From: a virus
Reading direction: 5' to 3' (one strand)
Virus record (IMG/VR): IMGVR_UViG_3300028025_003852
Location: 1-64,000 of that record
Length of the DNA stretch: 64,000 nucleotides
A model generated the notes under the pieces. The model searched no databases. It was not told the DNA's origin and saw only the letters and a list, made by a program, of their open reading frames with translations. Shown here piece by piece: positions 13,434 to 21,926 of this stretch. The first letter of the stretch is position 1. Every line of letters starts with the position of its first letter. The position numbers and the translations under genes are program-made.

Positions 13434-13751
13434 CTATTCTTTATTAGACTTATTGTTAGATACATAGCTTATAAACATTTCTGTAAGCCTATCTATTTTT
13501 CCATCTATCTTTTCGTGGAACTGTTCTCCACGTTCATTCTGCTCTTTTAGATGAATCACATCTGTTTCAAGTCTAGTAACCTGATCCTTTATTGATGATC
13601 CACCATTTGGCTTAAGTTCATGTCTGATCTCTTCAAACTGTTCTTTGGCAAATGCCTTAATGTAGAATCTAAGAATAGCGAATAGAATTCCAGCTACTGC
13701 TGAAACGCCAATTATGATTGCTATAATAGCTTGCCACTCTTCAATTGTCAT
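13434..13751 (-). CDS. Single-pass membrane protein with coiled coil
   Basis: Hydrophobic N-terminus; PNGGSSIKDQVTRLE motif common in actinophage membrane proteins. Confidence 0.75.
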   Translation of the reverse strand: MTIEEWQAIIAIIIGVSAVAGILFAILRFYIKAFAKEQFEEIRHELKPNGGSSIKDQVTRLETDVIHLKEQNERGEQFHEKIDGKIDRLTEMFISYVSNNKSNKE

Positions 13752-14032
13752 GATATATTAATTATATCCTGAGTTTTTAATAAAATTACTACATGTTGTA
13801 TGAAACATTCCCTGGATACACAATATACTTAATTAATCGCTCTTAAATCGCGGCGTAAAATTCGGCGGCGTATAGAGATACCAAACACATACCAAATACC
13901 ACTATCTAAATATGTGTGATATCCTGGATATAACCCAGTCAAGTGCTTTCGGAAACCAGCGTAGTTGGTTCTTTAAACCAGCACAAATTTTCTCCTTATG
14001 CAGATAGGGAGATTTTTTGTTATACTATATAT

Positions 14033-14242
14033 ATGGGAAAAGTTGGAGATGATGTAAGCATATGGGATTTGCTTGATCCTAATATGCCGAGAAGTACAAG
14101 AGAACTTATGGAATCAAGATTGGCTATTTGTTATGAATGCCCTTTCTTTTTAAAAGGATCAAAGCGATGCTCCAAATGTGGATGTTTTATGAAGCTTAAG
14201 GTTTCTCTTGAACAGGCTAAGTGTCCTATGCATAAATGGTAA
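14033..14242 (+). CDS. Cys-rich metal-binding protein (DUF6171-like)
   Basis: RLAICYECP...CSKCGCF...K...CPMHKW; ATG 6 nt after TATACT. Confidence 0.7.
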   Translation: MGKVGDDVSIWDLLDPNMPRSTRELMESRLAICYECPFFLKGSKRCSKCGCFMKLKVSLEQAKCPMHKW

Positions 14243-14302
14243 TATATCCCTTTCAGGAGCAACTGCGTTGCTAATACCTCCGAAATTTGATACAATAGAT
14301 CT

Positions 14303-14482
14303 ATGACATATTATTCAGAAATCATCAATAAAGAAATGCTTGAACAAAACTTTGTTACTCAAAGAAAGACATCAAGACAGATTGCTCGTGAGTTTCACAT
14401 CTCAAGAAGAATGGTTAATAAGTATCTTCTTGACTATGGATTTATTAATGTAAAAGATTTAGAAGATAATGATCTTCCCTAG
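14303..14482 (+). CDS. Small HTH protein
   Basis: Hand translation ...KTSRQIAREFHISRRMVNKYL...; ATG 6 nt after TACAAT. Confidence 0.65.
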   Translation: MTYYSEIINKEMLEQNFVTQRKTSRQIAREFHISRRMVNKYLLDYGFINVKDLEDNDLP

Positions 14483-14503
14483 CTACCCTCTGAGATTTGT
14501 AAA

Positions 14504-14584
14504 ATGCTAGGAGATATCTTTGGTGGCCTTGTTGCTATAGTAGCTATCTTTGCTTTGATTGTTTATCTATCAGGATTGTACTGA
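14504..14584 (+). CDS. Possible 26-aa membrane peptide
   Basis: MLGDIFGGLVAIVAIFALIVYLSGLY; no clear RBS. Confidence 0.3.
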   Translation: MLGDIFGGLVAIVAIFALIVYLSGLY

Positions 14585-14822
14585 TCCATACCCTGGACCT
14601 TCTGAAAAATTATTGTTTTTCGATTTGGACATTTTCTGAATATTTTGTATTTGTGAACGATACACACTTTACAGTAACAATTCAAGTAAATTAGTCCGCA
14701 CACTGGTATCCGCCCTGCCTCAAAAAATATTCTAATCTATTTTTAGACTTATCGGCGTGTCGCATTGTCATTGTCCGTGGTGCATGATAGGTTATAGATA
14801 ACAACAAAGAATGGATAACAAA

Positions 14823-14897
14823 ATGGAAACAGGTTGCTACTCAGAGTGTGAGTATGTGTGTGAGTGTGTGCAGTATAAGGTAGGTGCAAGCAAATGA
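14823..14897 (+). CDS. 24-aa Cys-rich peptide
   Basis: METGCYSECEYVCECV... first ORF after the 14772 promoter. Confidence 0.4.
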   Translation: METGCYSECEYVCECVQYKVGASK

Positions 14898-15031
14898 AGT
14901 GTGAAGTGTGTGACTACTTTGACGCTAATGAAGTCATGGTATACAAGACAGAGATACTTAACTTATCTATGGTAGTCATGTGTGACTATTGCTTTCACGA
15001 GATATTGGAGATGAAGAATGAAACGGTCTAA
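14894..15031 (+). CDS. Small zinc-finger-like early protein
   Basis: MKCEVC...MCDYC; ATGA coupling. Confidence 0.55.
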   Translation: MKCEVCDYFDANEVMVYKTEILNLSMVVMCDYCFHEILEMKNETV

Positions 15032-15149
15032 GGCGTACTATGTAACAAGGGGTATTGCTAGGGCATTGACTCTATTGGTCAAAGCATCTTTGGTTGTTGG
15101 TGTAGTGTATGTGTTTGTGTTGTTGTATTGGGGAGCATTCTATCCCTAA
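15018..15149 (+). CDS. Small membrane protein
   Basis: GGAG RBS; hydrophobic C-terminal half. Confidence 0.5.
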   Translation: MKRSKAYYVTRGIARALTLLVKASLVVGVVYVFVLLYWGAFYP

Positions 15150-15294
15150 CGGCGTGTCGCCTTGACATACCCCCAGATCCAGGGCCGGGCGGCCTGTGGA
15201 TAACTATGTTACCATTTCGTTATAAGAAACACCCTATATGGGCTTTACATTGTCCGTGGTCTGTGATAGTCTGAAGACATAAGATAAAGAAACA

Positions 15295-15352
15295 GAGAGA
15301 GTGAGCCTAGCAAATAAGGTCGCAAGACATGAGCCTAGCAAATAAATCTCTC
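15295..15352 (+). ncRNA. Two-fold symmetric 5'-leader RNA motif
   Basis: GAGAGA/TCTCTC outer stem, GTC-GCAA-GAC hairpin, identical 16-mers TGAGCCTAGCAAATAA on both sides. Confidence 0.5.
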
Positions 15353-15374
15353 AATAAAGAATAGGAAATAGAAA

Positions 15375-15569
15375 ATGACATTAGCAGAAACAGGAATCAA
15401 GCAAGACTTGACTATCGGTAACGTGGTTGCCATTAGCCGTAAAGGTGTAATTCGTGCAAGCGGAATCATCGAATCAGTAAAGCAAATTAACCAAGACCGC
15501 TTTGACGTAACTTTCACTAACGGAAAGACTGAGTCAATGGTATGGGGAAAGACGCTCACCGTAGTTTGA
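15375..15569 (+). CDS. Small early protein (SH3-like beta barrel?)
   Basis: ORF after promoter 15251; DLTIGNVV pattern. Confidence 0.6.
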   Translation: MTLAETGIKQDLTIGNVVAISRKGVIRASGIIESVKQINQDRFDVTFTNGKTESMVWGKTLTVV

Positions 15570-15616
15570 GTGTCAGACCCTCATGTTAGAATAAAAACAA
15601 CAAGAAAGGAAAACTA

Positions 15617-15760
15617 ATGTATATTGTAGAAGTAATCAAGAAGGGAGTCGGAGTCGTTGAGACTTTCGGCTCACGGTCTAAGGCAGAAGCAGAAGCACAA
15701 AAGAACGCTTATGCTCTCATGTATCCTGACCATGTAGTAATGATTGAATGGAGTAACTAA
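15617..15760 (+). CDS. 47-aa early protein
   Basis: Own promoter (15571) and GAAAGGA RBS. Confidence 0.65.
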   Translation: MYIVEVIKKGVGVVETFGSRSKAEAEAQKNAYALMYPDHVVMIEWSN

Positions 15761-15926
15761 CGGCGTGTCGGCTTGACATACCCTGGCAATCGGGGGCCGG
15801 GCGATCCGGCCGCCTGTGGATAACTATTTACGAGAATTATTCTACGAGGCGGAAAACTATGCCCTAAAAACTTTTCACTGTCCGTCGCCCATGTTAGAAT
15901 GAAGACGTAAAGAAAGGTAAACTAAA

Positions 15927-16106
15927 ATGGAAATCAAAGAAATCAGAAAGAACGGAATCGGAAACGGTTTCTCAGTAATCAACCCTCAAGATGGGTTCCG
16001 CAAGGATAACACCATCTGGAATGGCACTTGCTCAGAGTGTGGTGAACGAGTGTATAACTCAGTAATGACTAAGTATGAGTGGAAACACCAGACCAAGTGT
16101 GTTTGA
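15927..16106 (+). CDS. 59-aa early zinc-binding protein
   Basis: Own promoter and RBS; CSEC...H...C. Confidence 0.65.
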   Translation: MEIKEIRKNGIGNGFSVINPQDGFRKDNTIWNGTCSECGERVYNSVMTKYEWKHQTKCV

Positions 16107-16155
16107 CTGTCTGAGGCTACTGCTAAAATAAAGACATAAAGAAAGGATAACTAAA

Positions 16156-16278
16156 ATGAAAGAATGTTTCTTGTGTGATGAGGGCACTACTGCCACTACT
16201 GTATCACCATACAACTACCCCGTTTGTGCTAGCCACTACAGCGAAGACATCCGTGAATTCGCTACCGACTACTCATAG
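16156..16278 (+). CDS. 40-aa early zinc-binding peptide
   Basis: Own promoter and RBS; CFLC...CASH. Confidence 0.6.
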   Translation: MKECFLCDEGTTATTVSPYNYPVCASHYSEDIREFATDYS

Positions 16279-16309
16279 ACAATAACCAACAACGAAAGGT
16301 AAAACTAAA

Positions 16310-16471
16310 ATGACAAATCACGAACGTATCTCTGGAATCTTAGAGACAATTCGAATTGCAAAGGGTGCAGAGTCTCACTCTGACGTTATGCCCTATGTGA
16401 TAGGCATGATGACCGCCGTCCTCAACGACTCACAGCTTGAGGCTATGGAAGAGGTAGCCAAGCAATACTAA
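16310..16471 (+). CDS. 53-aa early protein
   Basis: ACAACGAAAGG RBS. Confidence 0.65.
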   Translation: MTNHERISGILETIRIAKGAESHSDVMPYVIGMMTAVLNDSQLEAMEEVAKQY

Positions 16472-16624
16472 CATATTCCAGAAATGGAATGTGGGGCCGG
16501 TTGATCCGGCCGCCCCTCTTCCTATTTACGAAGGCTATTAAAAACCCTGGACTTTTGACCGCTGGACTTTTCACTGTCCGACGTATCTGTTATTCTTGTA
16601 TTACAAACAACGAAAGGATAACTA

Positions 16625-16813
16625 ATGCGATTCGACCCTATTTTTGGTGAGGCTAACGAGATTGTTGGCTACCTCGACGACATGGGCAACGAGTGGACTG
16701 TCGAGCAGGTCGAGGACTACTGGGATGTCTCGGGCAACGAGCCTGACGGCATGTGGCTTGATGAGGACGCTCTCAACTCTATCGGCTGGGGTAGCGACGA
16801 GGCTTACTTCTAA
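16625..16813 (+). CDS. Highly acidic 62-aa early protein
   Basis: 17 D/E versus 1 R; ends DEDALNSIGWGSDEAYF. Confidence 0.75.
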   Translation: MRFDPIFGEANEIVGYLDDMGNEWTVEQVEDYWDVSGNEPDGMWLDEDALNSIGWGSDEAYF

Positions 16814-16927
16814 ACTACCCAAAGGGGGGCCGGGGGCCGTTATCAAATCGTTACATTGGATTACGTACATTACGTTTTCACTGTCAGTCGCTCGTGTTAT
16901 TCTTGTATTACAACGAAAGGAAAACTA

Positions 16928-17095
16928 ATGGACAAGCAAATACTGGTATCGGTTTGGGTGCTCAATCAGTGGGCAGAAAACGCTCGTGTTGAGCAGGAGT
17001 ACTGGATTGAGAACAACAACGACGGATTGGCAGGCTACTTCGGTGGTCGGGCTGCTGCCTATGAGTTTTTACTCGCTGAGTATGCCAAAGACTAG
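16928..17095 (+). CDS. 55-aa early protein
   Basis: Start MDKQIL after promoter and RBS. Confidence 0.65.
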   Translation: MDKQILVSVWVLNQWAENARVEQEYWIENNNDGLAGYFGGRAAAYEFLLAEYAKD

Positions 17096-17149
17096 TGTCA
17101 TAGGCTACTGCTAAACTAAAACTAACAACAACGAAAAGGACACAATAAA

Positions 17150-17335
17150 ATGATGACACGCAAAGACTATGTTTCAACTGCTAAGATTCTCAATGACCTT
17201 TGGCTTGATTTGCCAATCAGTAACATTGACCTGTTTGAGGATACCGTTATGGCTTTCTCTAAAATGTTTGCAGAAGATAACGAACGATTCGACCACAAGA
17301 TTTTTTATAACGCTTGTTTCAAGGAGGAATACTAA
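17150..17335 (+). CDS. Conserved small phage protein
   Basis: MMTRKDY...A.IL...F..DN.RFD...F..AC pattern. Confidence 0.75.
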   Translation: MMTRKDYVSTAKILNDLWLDLPISNIDLFEDTVMAFSKMFAEDNERFDHKIFYNACFKEEY

Positions 17336-17463
17336 TGAACCTGGTACCATTGTTTGCTGTAATGTTTGGGCTACTCGTAATCAATACCGTGATTATTTTG
17401 TACCTGTTGGCTAAATACAAAGAAGCCAAGCATGAGGCACAGATAAACCGACCACCCTTCTAG
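17335..17463 (+). CDS. 42-aa membrane protein ending PPF
   Basis: AAGGAGG RBS, TAATG coupling, hydrophobic N-terminus. Confidence 0.55.
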   Translation: MNLVPLFAVMFGLLVINTVIILYLLAKYKEAKHEAQINRPPF

Positions 17464-17551
17464 GAGGGCCGGACGATCTTCGTTATAAAGTTGTTACGAA
17501 GACCTTACGAAACGCCCTGGAAATGTCCGAGGTATCTGCTAAGATTAGTAT

Positions 17552-17719
17552 ATGAAGAAAAAGACCAAGCACAAAGCAACAGAAAACAAAGCCTACATCG
17601 AGGCTATGCGTGAGTTGCGTCGCTCCAATGCGGCTACTGCCCATGACAACCGACCTAACCGTCAACGCACTCGTGGTGCAGTCAAGGCTCATGCTATTGG
17701 AGAATACAAGGCTCTGTAA
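17552..17719 (+). CDS. Basic Arg-rich small actinophage protein
   Basis: ELRRSNAATAHDNRPNRQRTR...AI; leaderless after promoter 17524. Confidence 0.7.
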   Translation: MKKKTKHKATENKAYIEAMRELRRSNAATAHDNRPNRQRTRGAVKAHAIGEYKAL

Positions 17720-17785
17720 CTCAGTGGTTAGAGTGCCACCCTGTCACGGTGGAAGTCGCCAGTTCAAGTCTGGTCAGAGTCGCCA
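17710..17785 (+). tRNA. tRNA-Asp(GTC)
   Basis: Cloverleaf; anticodon arm CCACC-CTGTCAC-GGTGG; encoded CCA. Confidence 0.93.
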
Positions 17786-17786
17786 A

Positions 17787-17861
17787 TCCCCTTTAGCTCA
17801 ACGGCAGAGCAACGAGCTGTTAACTCGTAGGTTCTTGGTTCGAATCCAAGAGGGGGAGCCA
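17787..17861 (+). tRNA. tRNA-Asn(GTT)
   Basis: Anticodon arm ACGAG-CTGTTAA-CTCGT; TTCGAAT T-loop; encoded CCA. Confidence 0.95.
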
Positions 17862-17932
17862 GGATCCGGCCCCACCTTTTCACTGTCAGTCGTAGGTGTT
17901 ACGATAGTATTACAAACGAAAGGAAATTAGCC

Positions 17933-18112
17933 GTGGCTTATGTGTCTGAGTATGGTAACTATGGTGGTGAGGGAGTAATTGTATTCCCAGACTATCAACT
18001 TACCCCTGAACAATGGGATGAATTAGATATTCTTCCAGACAACGACAAGATGTCGTATGTTAAGCGTATTTTTGATGAAAACGAGTTTGGATATATGGAG
18101 TTTAACGACTGA
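17933..18112 (+). CDS. 59-aa acidic early protein
   Basis: GTG after promoter 17884 and GAAAGGA RBS. Confidence 0.6.
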   Translation: MAYVSEYGNYGGEGVIVFPDYQLTPEQWDELDILPDNDKMSYVKRIFDENEFGYMEFND

Positions 18113-18291
18113 TGAAACGTGAATCATACATTCCACCCAAGGGAATCTCAGAAAAAGAGTTCCTCACAATAGTTGCAAATGACCTAGTAGATATGCTAGT
18201 CTTAAAAGAGGTAGACTTTACCTATGTTCCAAGTGTTCGTGACTTCATTGTCAAGTATTCCAAATCCCGACACCGAAAGGGTAGAAAATGA
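18112..18291 (+). CDS. 59-aa hypothetical protein
   Basis: TGATG coupling. Confidence 0.55.
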   Translation: MKRESYIPPKGISEKEFLTIVANDLVDMLVLKEVDFTYVPSVRDFIVKYSKSRHRKGRK

Positions 18292-18431
18292 GAAGCAATC
18301 CATTCCCCGAAGATGAACAGGCTACCGAAATCATGGAAGCCCTAGACGACTACTATGCAAATCCTCAAGAGTATTCATTCCGTGACCTTGAGGAAATCTT
18401 CCAAGACCGTGACCCATTCGAGTTTCTCTAA
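18288..18431 (+). CDS. 47-aa acidic hypothetical protein
   Basis: ATGA coupling, GAAAGGG RBS. Confidence 0.55.
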   Translation: MRSNPFPEDEQATEIMEALDDYYANPQEYSFRDLEEIFQDRDPFEFL

Positions 18432-18440
18432 GGAGTAGTA

Positions 18441-18650
18441 ATGCCCAAGTATCGCATAAAGGCGACGGTAACGGTAGAGATGAACCTACCTGACGACTTC
18501 GACCCCAATAGGGATAACGAAGGAGACATTCTCTATTCCCTTGATGGATACATTCGTGAAGATGGTGTAGACGGTTGGAGACTGTGGAAGGCCGCATTGG
18601 CTGACAATGGTATGTGGCACAATGACGCAGACTATAAAATCGTAGAATGA
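18441..18650 (+). CDS. Hypothetical early protein
   Basis: AAGGAG RBS. Confidence 0.65.
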   Translation: MPKYRIKATVTVEMNLPDDFDPNRDNEGDILYSLDGYIREDGVDGWRLWKAALADNGMWHNDADYKIVE

Positions 18651-18790
18651 ACATACCCCTAATTGTTATAACAGGGTTTGTATGCTTTGTGGTTTTCTTT
18701 CCGCTAATTGCTTATATCTTTTATGCCGTCGAGGTTTTGAGTTATAAGTTTGGTAACAAGGTTGACGATACAGCAAATTTGGAGGACTAG
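18647..18790 (+). CDS. 47-aa membrane protein
   Basis: ATGA coupling; long hydrophobic stretch. Confidence 0.55.
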   Translation: MNIPLIVITGFVCFVVFFPLIAYIFYAVEVLSYKFGNKVDDTANLED

Positions 18791-18856
18791 GGGGGCCGGG
18801 CCGCTTTCACTGTCAGAGGTGCGTGTCATAATGGTATTACAACGAAAGGAAAAATT

Positions 18857-18979
18857 ATGCCGAATATGAAACTCATCCCCACTCGTGCAGGATATGTCTA
18901 TGAGTGTGTTGAGTGTGACTTTCAACTCACACCTGAGCAAGCAGACGAACACGAATGTATGACCGTCTTTAGTTTTTAG
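18857..18979 (+). CDS. 40-aa zinc-finger peptide
   Basis: YECVEC...HEC; own promoter and RBS. Confidence 0.6.
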   Translation: MPNMKLIPTRAGYVYECVECDFQLTPEQADEHECMTVFSF

Positions 18980-19024
18980 TGTCAGACGCTACTGTTAGAA
19001 TAAGAGAAACGAAAGGAAAACGCA

Positions 19025-19519
19025 ATGGGCTTGGATATGTATTTAGAGGTTCGCAAGTTTGTCGAAACCCACGATTGGGTAAACGAGAATGGCGAGTTTG
19101 TTCGTAAGGAAACTCCAGGAGCAGAGGCTATCAAGGTTGCAGGTCTTGAGAACCTTACTTCTAAAGAGGCTGTTGGCATTACTGTTCAGACTACCGCTGT
19201 CTACTGGCGTAAGGTCAACGCTATCCACAACTGGTTTGTAAATGTCTGTGCTAATGGTGTAGACGAGTGTCAGCAGATTCCTGTAAAGCGTGAGAACCTG
19301 CAAGCCTTGCGTGACCAAGTAGAATTGGTTGTTCGCAAAAAGAATCCAGCAGTTGCTCAAGAGTTTTTGCCAACCTCATCAGGTTTCTTCTTTGGCTCAA
19401 CTGAGTATGACGAGTGGTATTGGTCAGATATGCAATTCACTCTTGATGAACTCAACCGTGTGTTGTCTGAGACGGTAGACGACTATGGGATTGACTTCTT
19501 CTATCAGGCTTCTTGGTAA
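19025..19519 (+). CDS. Widespread conserved phage early protein
   Basis: MGLDMYL...YWRKVNAIHNWF...LPTSSGFFFGSTEYD...YQASW. Confidence 0.85.
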   Translation: MGLDMYLEVRKFVETHDWVNENGEFVRKETPGAEAIKVAGLENLTSKEAVGITVQTTAVYWRKVNAIHNWFVNVCANGVDECQQIPVKRENLQALRDQVELVVRKKNPAVAQEFLPTSSGFFFGSTEYDEWYWSDMQFTLDELNRVLSETVDDYGIDFFYQASW

Positions 19520-19524
19520 CAAGA

Positions 19525-19549
19525 CGAGGGGTGCGACTCGATAACGCAT
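19525..19549 (+). ncRNA. H-type pseudoknot, copy 1
   Basis: S1 CGAG/CTCG, 8-nt loop, S2 GTGCG/CGCAT. Confidence 0.45.
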
Positions 19550-19618
19550 AACCCTTCGGGGGCCGGGCCGCTTGATCTTGCAACTTTCACTGTCCGTGGC
19601 TACTGTTAGTATAAGTAT

Positions 19619-20341
19619 ATGACAAAGTTGATTCGCTCAAAAGACCGTAAAGTAACCAACGCTGTAACGCCTAACGGCAAGCAAGCCTCTATCGCTAACA
19701 CTTTTGGTTTGCCTTCTGGCACTGCCTTCTCATGTCCAGGTGCTACTAGCGTATGCGAGACTATCTGCTATGCTGGCAAGTTGGAAAAGGTATTCAAGGG
19801 TGTGCGTATCAACCTAGAGCACAACTGGGCATTGGTCAAAGACGCTGACTATCTTACTATCTACGACCTTCTCTATGAAATGATTAGCGATTTTGTTTCT
19901 GATTGCGAACGTCGTGGTGCAGAAAAGTTATTCCGCATTCACTGGGACGGTGACTTCTTTAATGAAGAATACACCTATGCATGGCGTGATGTGATTTGTG
20001 AGTTTGAGGATGTGCAATTCTGGGCATACACTCGTAGTGCTTTCGCTGTGCCTATCCTAATTGACATTCCTAACCTTGGCTTCTATTTCTCAACTGATAG
20101 TGCCAACAAGGATTTGGCTATCTCTCTCAAAGAGACTCACGGTATCAAGTTGGCATACCTTGCTCAGACGTTTGCTATTGGTAAGGCTGACATTCTTGAG
20201 ATTACTGGGCAGACTGCTATTCCATGCCCCGAAAATAACAAAAAGATTCCTATGATTAGCGAGAAGGGTAGTGCCTGTGTGACCTGTGGGCAATGTATCT
20301 TCCAACGCAATGATATCCTGTTTTCTGCTACAAAGAAGTAG
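19619..20341 (+). CDS. GP88-like protein with radical-SAM-like Cys motif
   Basis: CPGATSVCETICYA; FRIHWDGDF; FWAYTRS; C-terminal CP...CVTCGQC. Confidence 0.75.
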   Translation: MTKLIRSKDRKVTNAVTPNGKQASIANTFGLPSGTAFSCPGATSVCETICYAGKLEKVFKGVRINLEHNWALVKDADYLTIYDLLYEMISDFVSDCERRGAEKLFRIHWDGDFFNEEYTYAWRDVICEFEDVQFWAYTRSAFAVPILIDIPNLGFYFSTDSANKDLAISLKETHGIKLAYLAQTFAIGKADILEITGQTAIPCPENNKKIPMISEKGSACVTCGQCIFQRNDILFSATKK

Positions 20342-20423
20342 CGGAGGGCAGGGCCGGGTGATCCGGCCGCCCACCCCCAATGTAACAATTAGGTTACGAT
20401 AGGCTGAAAATAGCCCCTAGGAC

Positions 20424-20452
20424 TTGATATTGTGTGTGTTTTCTGTCATACT
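20424..20452 (+). promoter_or_regulatory. SigA-type promoter
   Basis: TTGATA-17-CATACT with extended TG; similar promoters at 22582-22610 and 23814-23843. Confidence 0.65.
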
Positions 20453-20516
20453 TGATATATCAGCAAGACCGCTGGTAATTAGGTTGGCTGGCTCGCCAAC
20501 AGAAATGAGGAAGCAA

Positions 20517-20663
20517 ATGGGTAACATCAACATTGGAGACACCTTCACCACGCAGAAGTCTGGCGTATCGGGAACGGTTCAGGAAATCATCAAGAACGCA
20601 AACGGTTCTACTCGTATTCGCCTGTCGGTGAACGGTGCAGACCGTTGGACTACGGTCAAGTAA
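20517..20663 (+). CDS. 48-aa SH3-like small protein
   Basis: Start MGNINIGD after GAGG RBS. Confidence 0.65.
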   Translation: MGNINIGDTFTTQKSGVSGTVQEIIKNANGSTRIRLSVNGADRWTTVK

Positions 20664-20680
20664 GGTCAGACCCTAGTCTG

Positions 20681-20708
20681 TCTGCTGGGCATCAGATAAA
20701 ACTGCCCA
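20681..20708 (+). ncRNA. H-type pseudoknot, copy 2
   Basis: S1 TCTG/CAGA, S2 TGGGCA/TGCCCA, TAAAAC linker. Confidence 0.6.
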
Positions 20709-20742
20709 CTCAAATCCAAAAGCCAAATGAAAGGAAAACATA

Positions 20743-21192
20743 ATGGCTCGTTCACTTGCTGTGAAGATTCCCACCGCTACACTTATTGCTGACATTGAGG
20801 CAAGCATCGCTGACATTGAGGCTAAGGTTGCTACATACCCTGCCGACATGGAAGCATACCGTAAGGCACAGAAGGCACACCAACAGACTGTTCTCAAGAC
20901 TGTTATTGAGGCTCTCAAGAACCCCGACAACATTGGCGAAGAGTATGGCTCAATCGTTCGTGTTCAGCAAAACCGTTATGGTAATGGTAATGTAGAGATT
21001 TCGGTAAACACGGAACTGCTCTCTGTCCCACAGCCTCCCGAGTGTCCCTCTAACCCAAATGCCAAAGAGTCGTTTGGTCGTGACTACACTAGCCGTCTTG
21101 AGTTGCTGAAGAAGAACCTGAAGGTTCTCAAGATGACAAACCAAGAGGAAGTCAACGCCTCCACCTACAACACGGTGATTGACCTCCTCTAG
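20743..21192 (+). CDS. Coiled-coil hypothetical protein
   Basis: GAAAGGA RBS; helical N-terminus. Confidence 0.8.
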   Translation: MARSLAVKIPTATLIADIEASIADIEAKVATYPADMEAYRKAQKAHQQTVLKTVIEALKNPDNIGEEYGSIVRVQQNRYGNGNVEISVNTELLSVPQPPECPSNPNAKESFGRDYTSRLELLKKNLKVLKMTNQEEVNASTYNTVIDLL

Positions 21193-21226
21193 ACTCCATA
21201 CGCCCCGAAAGGGATATGTGGAAAAT

Positions 21227-21254
21227 GACCTGAGCAGGTCTATGTAAACTGCTC
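21227..21254 (+). ncRNA. H-type pseudoknot, copy 3
   Basis: GAC-CTGAGCAG-GTC...TAAAC-TGCTC. Confidence 0.6.
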
Positions 21255-21413
21255 GCCCTCTCCCCTGTGAAGCGTCTGGATAGATTGCTGGTAAACAGGG
21301 GAGGGGAGCCGGGTAGATCAGATCCGGCCCCGAATATAACAAATTAGTTACGATGTTATAAAAAAATAGGCCTAAAACTTGATATTGTCAGAGGTATCTG
21401 CCATACTGGGAAT

Positions 21414-21629
21414 ATGGAAAAAGTAAAGGGAACGTATTTTGTTGTGACTGGTGAGTCTTACTATGTGAAGGCTGACTCTGAGGAAGAGGCTGAGGCTGTC
21501 TTCAATGTAGGTATGGGATATATGGATGAGCATAACTATCCTGACTTTGATACCGCCGATGCTTTCAGCCGTATCGAGTATACCGATACCTACACTACCT
21601 ATGAGCCTATCACTGATTTCAGTGTCTGA
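21414..21629 (+). CDS. Acidic DpnD/PcfM-like small protein
   Basis: YYVKADSEEEAE motif; leaderless. Confidence 0.6.
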   Translation: MEKVKGTYFVVTGESYYVKADSEEEAEAVFNVGMGYMDEHNYPDFDTADAFSRIEYTDTYTTYEPITDFSV

Positions 21630-21668
21630 GGCTACTGTTACACTAAAGATACAACGAAAGGGAAAAGA

Positions 21669-21926
21669 ATGATTGACAAAGCATTTGGTTTGCAGGAAGC
21701 GGCTCGTAAGTCTGCTTTCGCTCCGTCTGTAAAGTTGTCTGCTCTGATTATCCGTGATGGATACCAGAACATGACACAGCAAGAAATGGAAAAGGCTCTC
21801 ATAGAACTTGTGTCTGAGGCTGTTGTCGTTTCTTCCTACCACACTACGATGGTTCTTCTTGATGAGGAAGACCAGAACACACTCGCAACAACGATTGACG
21901 AACTACAAGAAATGGGGAACAACTAA
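21669..21926 (+). CDS. Hypothetical protein
   Basis: Own promoter and RBS. Confidence 0.7.
   Translation: MIDKAFGLQEAARKSAFAPSVKLSALIIRDGYQNMTQQEMEKALIELVSEAVVVSSYHTTMVLLDEEDQNTLATTIDELQEMGNN

Larger units (their letters stand above)
14753..15770 (+). promoter_or_regulatory. Three CGGCGTGTCG boxes (GACAC on the opposite strand), each followed by a -35-like hexamer
   Basis: At 14753, 15150, 15761; followed after 2 nt by TTGTCA, TTGACA, TTGACA. Confidence 0.55.

Noticed and set aside
13752-14750. Physical genome end or terminal-repeat boundary
   Set aside because: Strand switch and compositional change are suggestive, but no end can be placed without read data
17610-17930. 106-aa ORF from the track
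   Set aside because: Runs across two tRNA genes and a promoter
18741-18760. GTTAT-N7-GTAAC as another regulator box
   Set aside because: Wrong spacing and inside ORF 18647-18790
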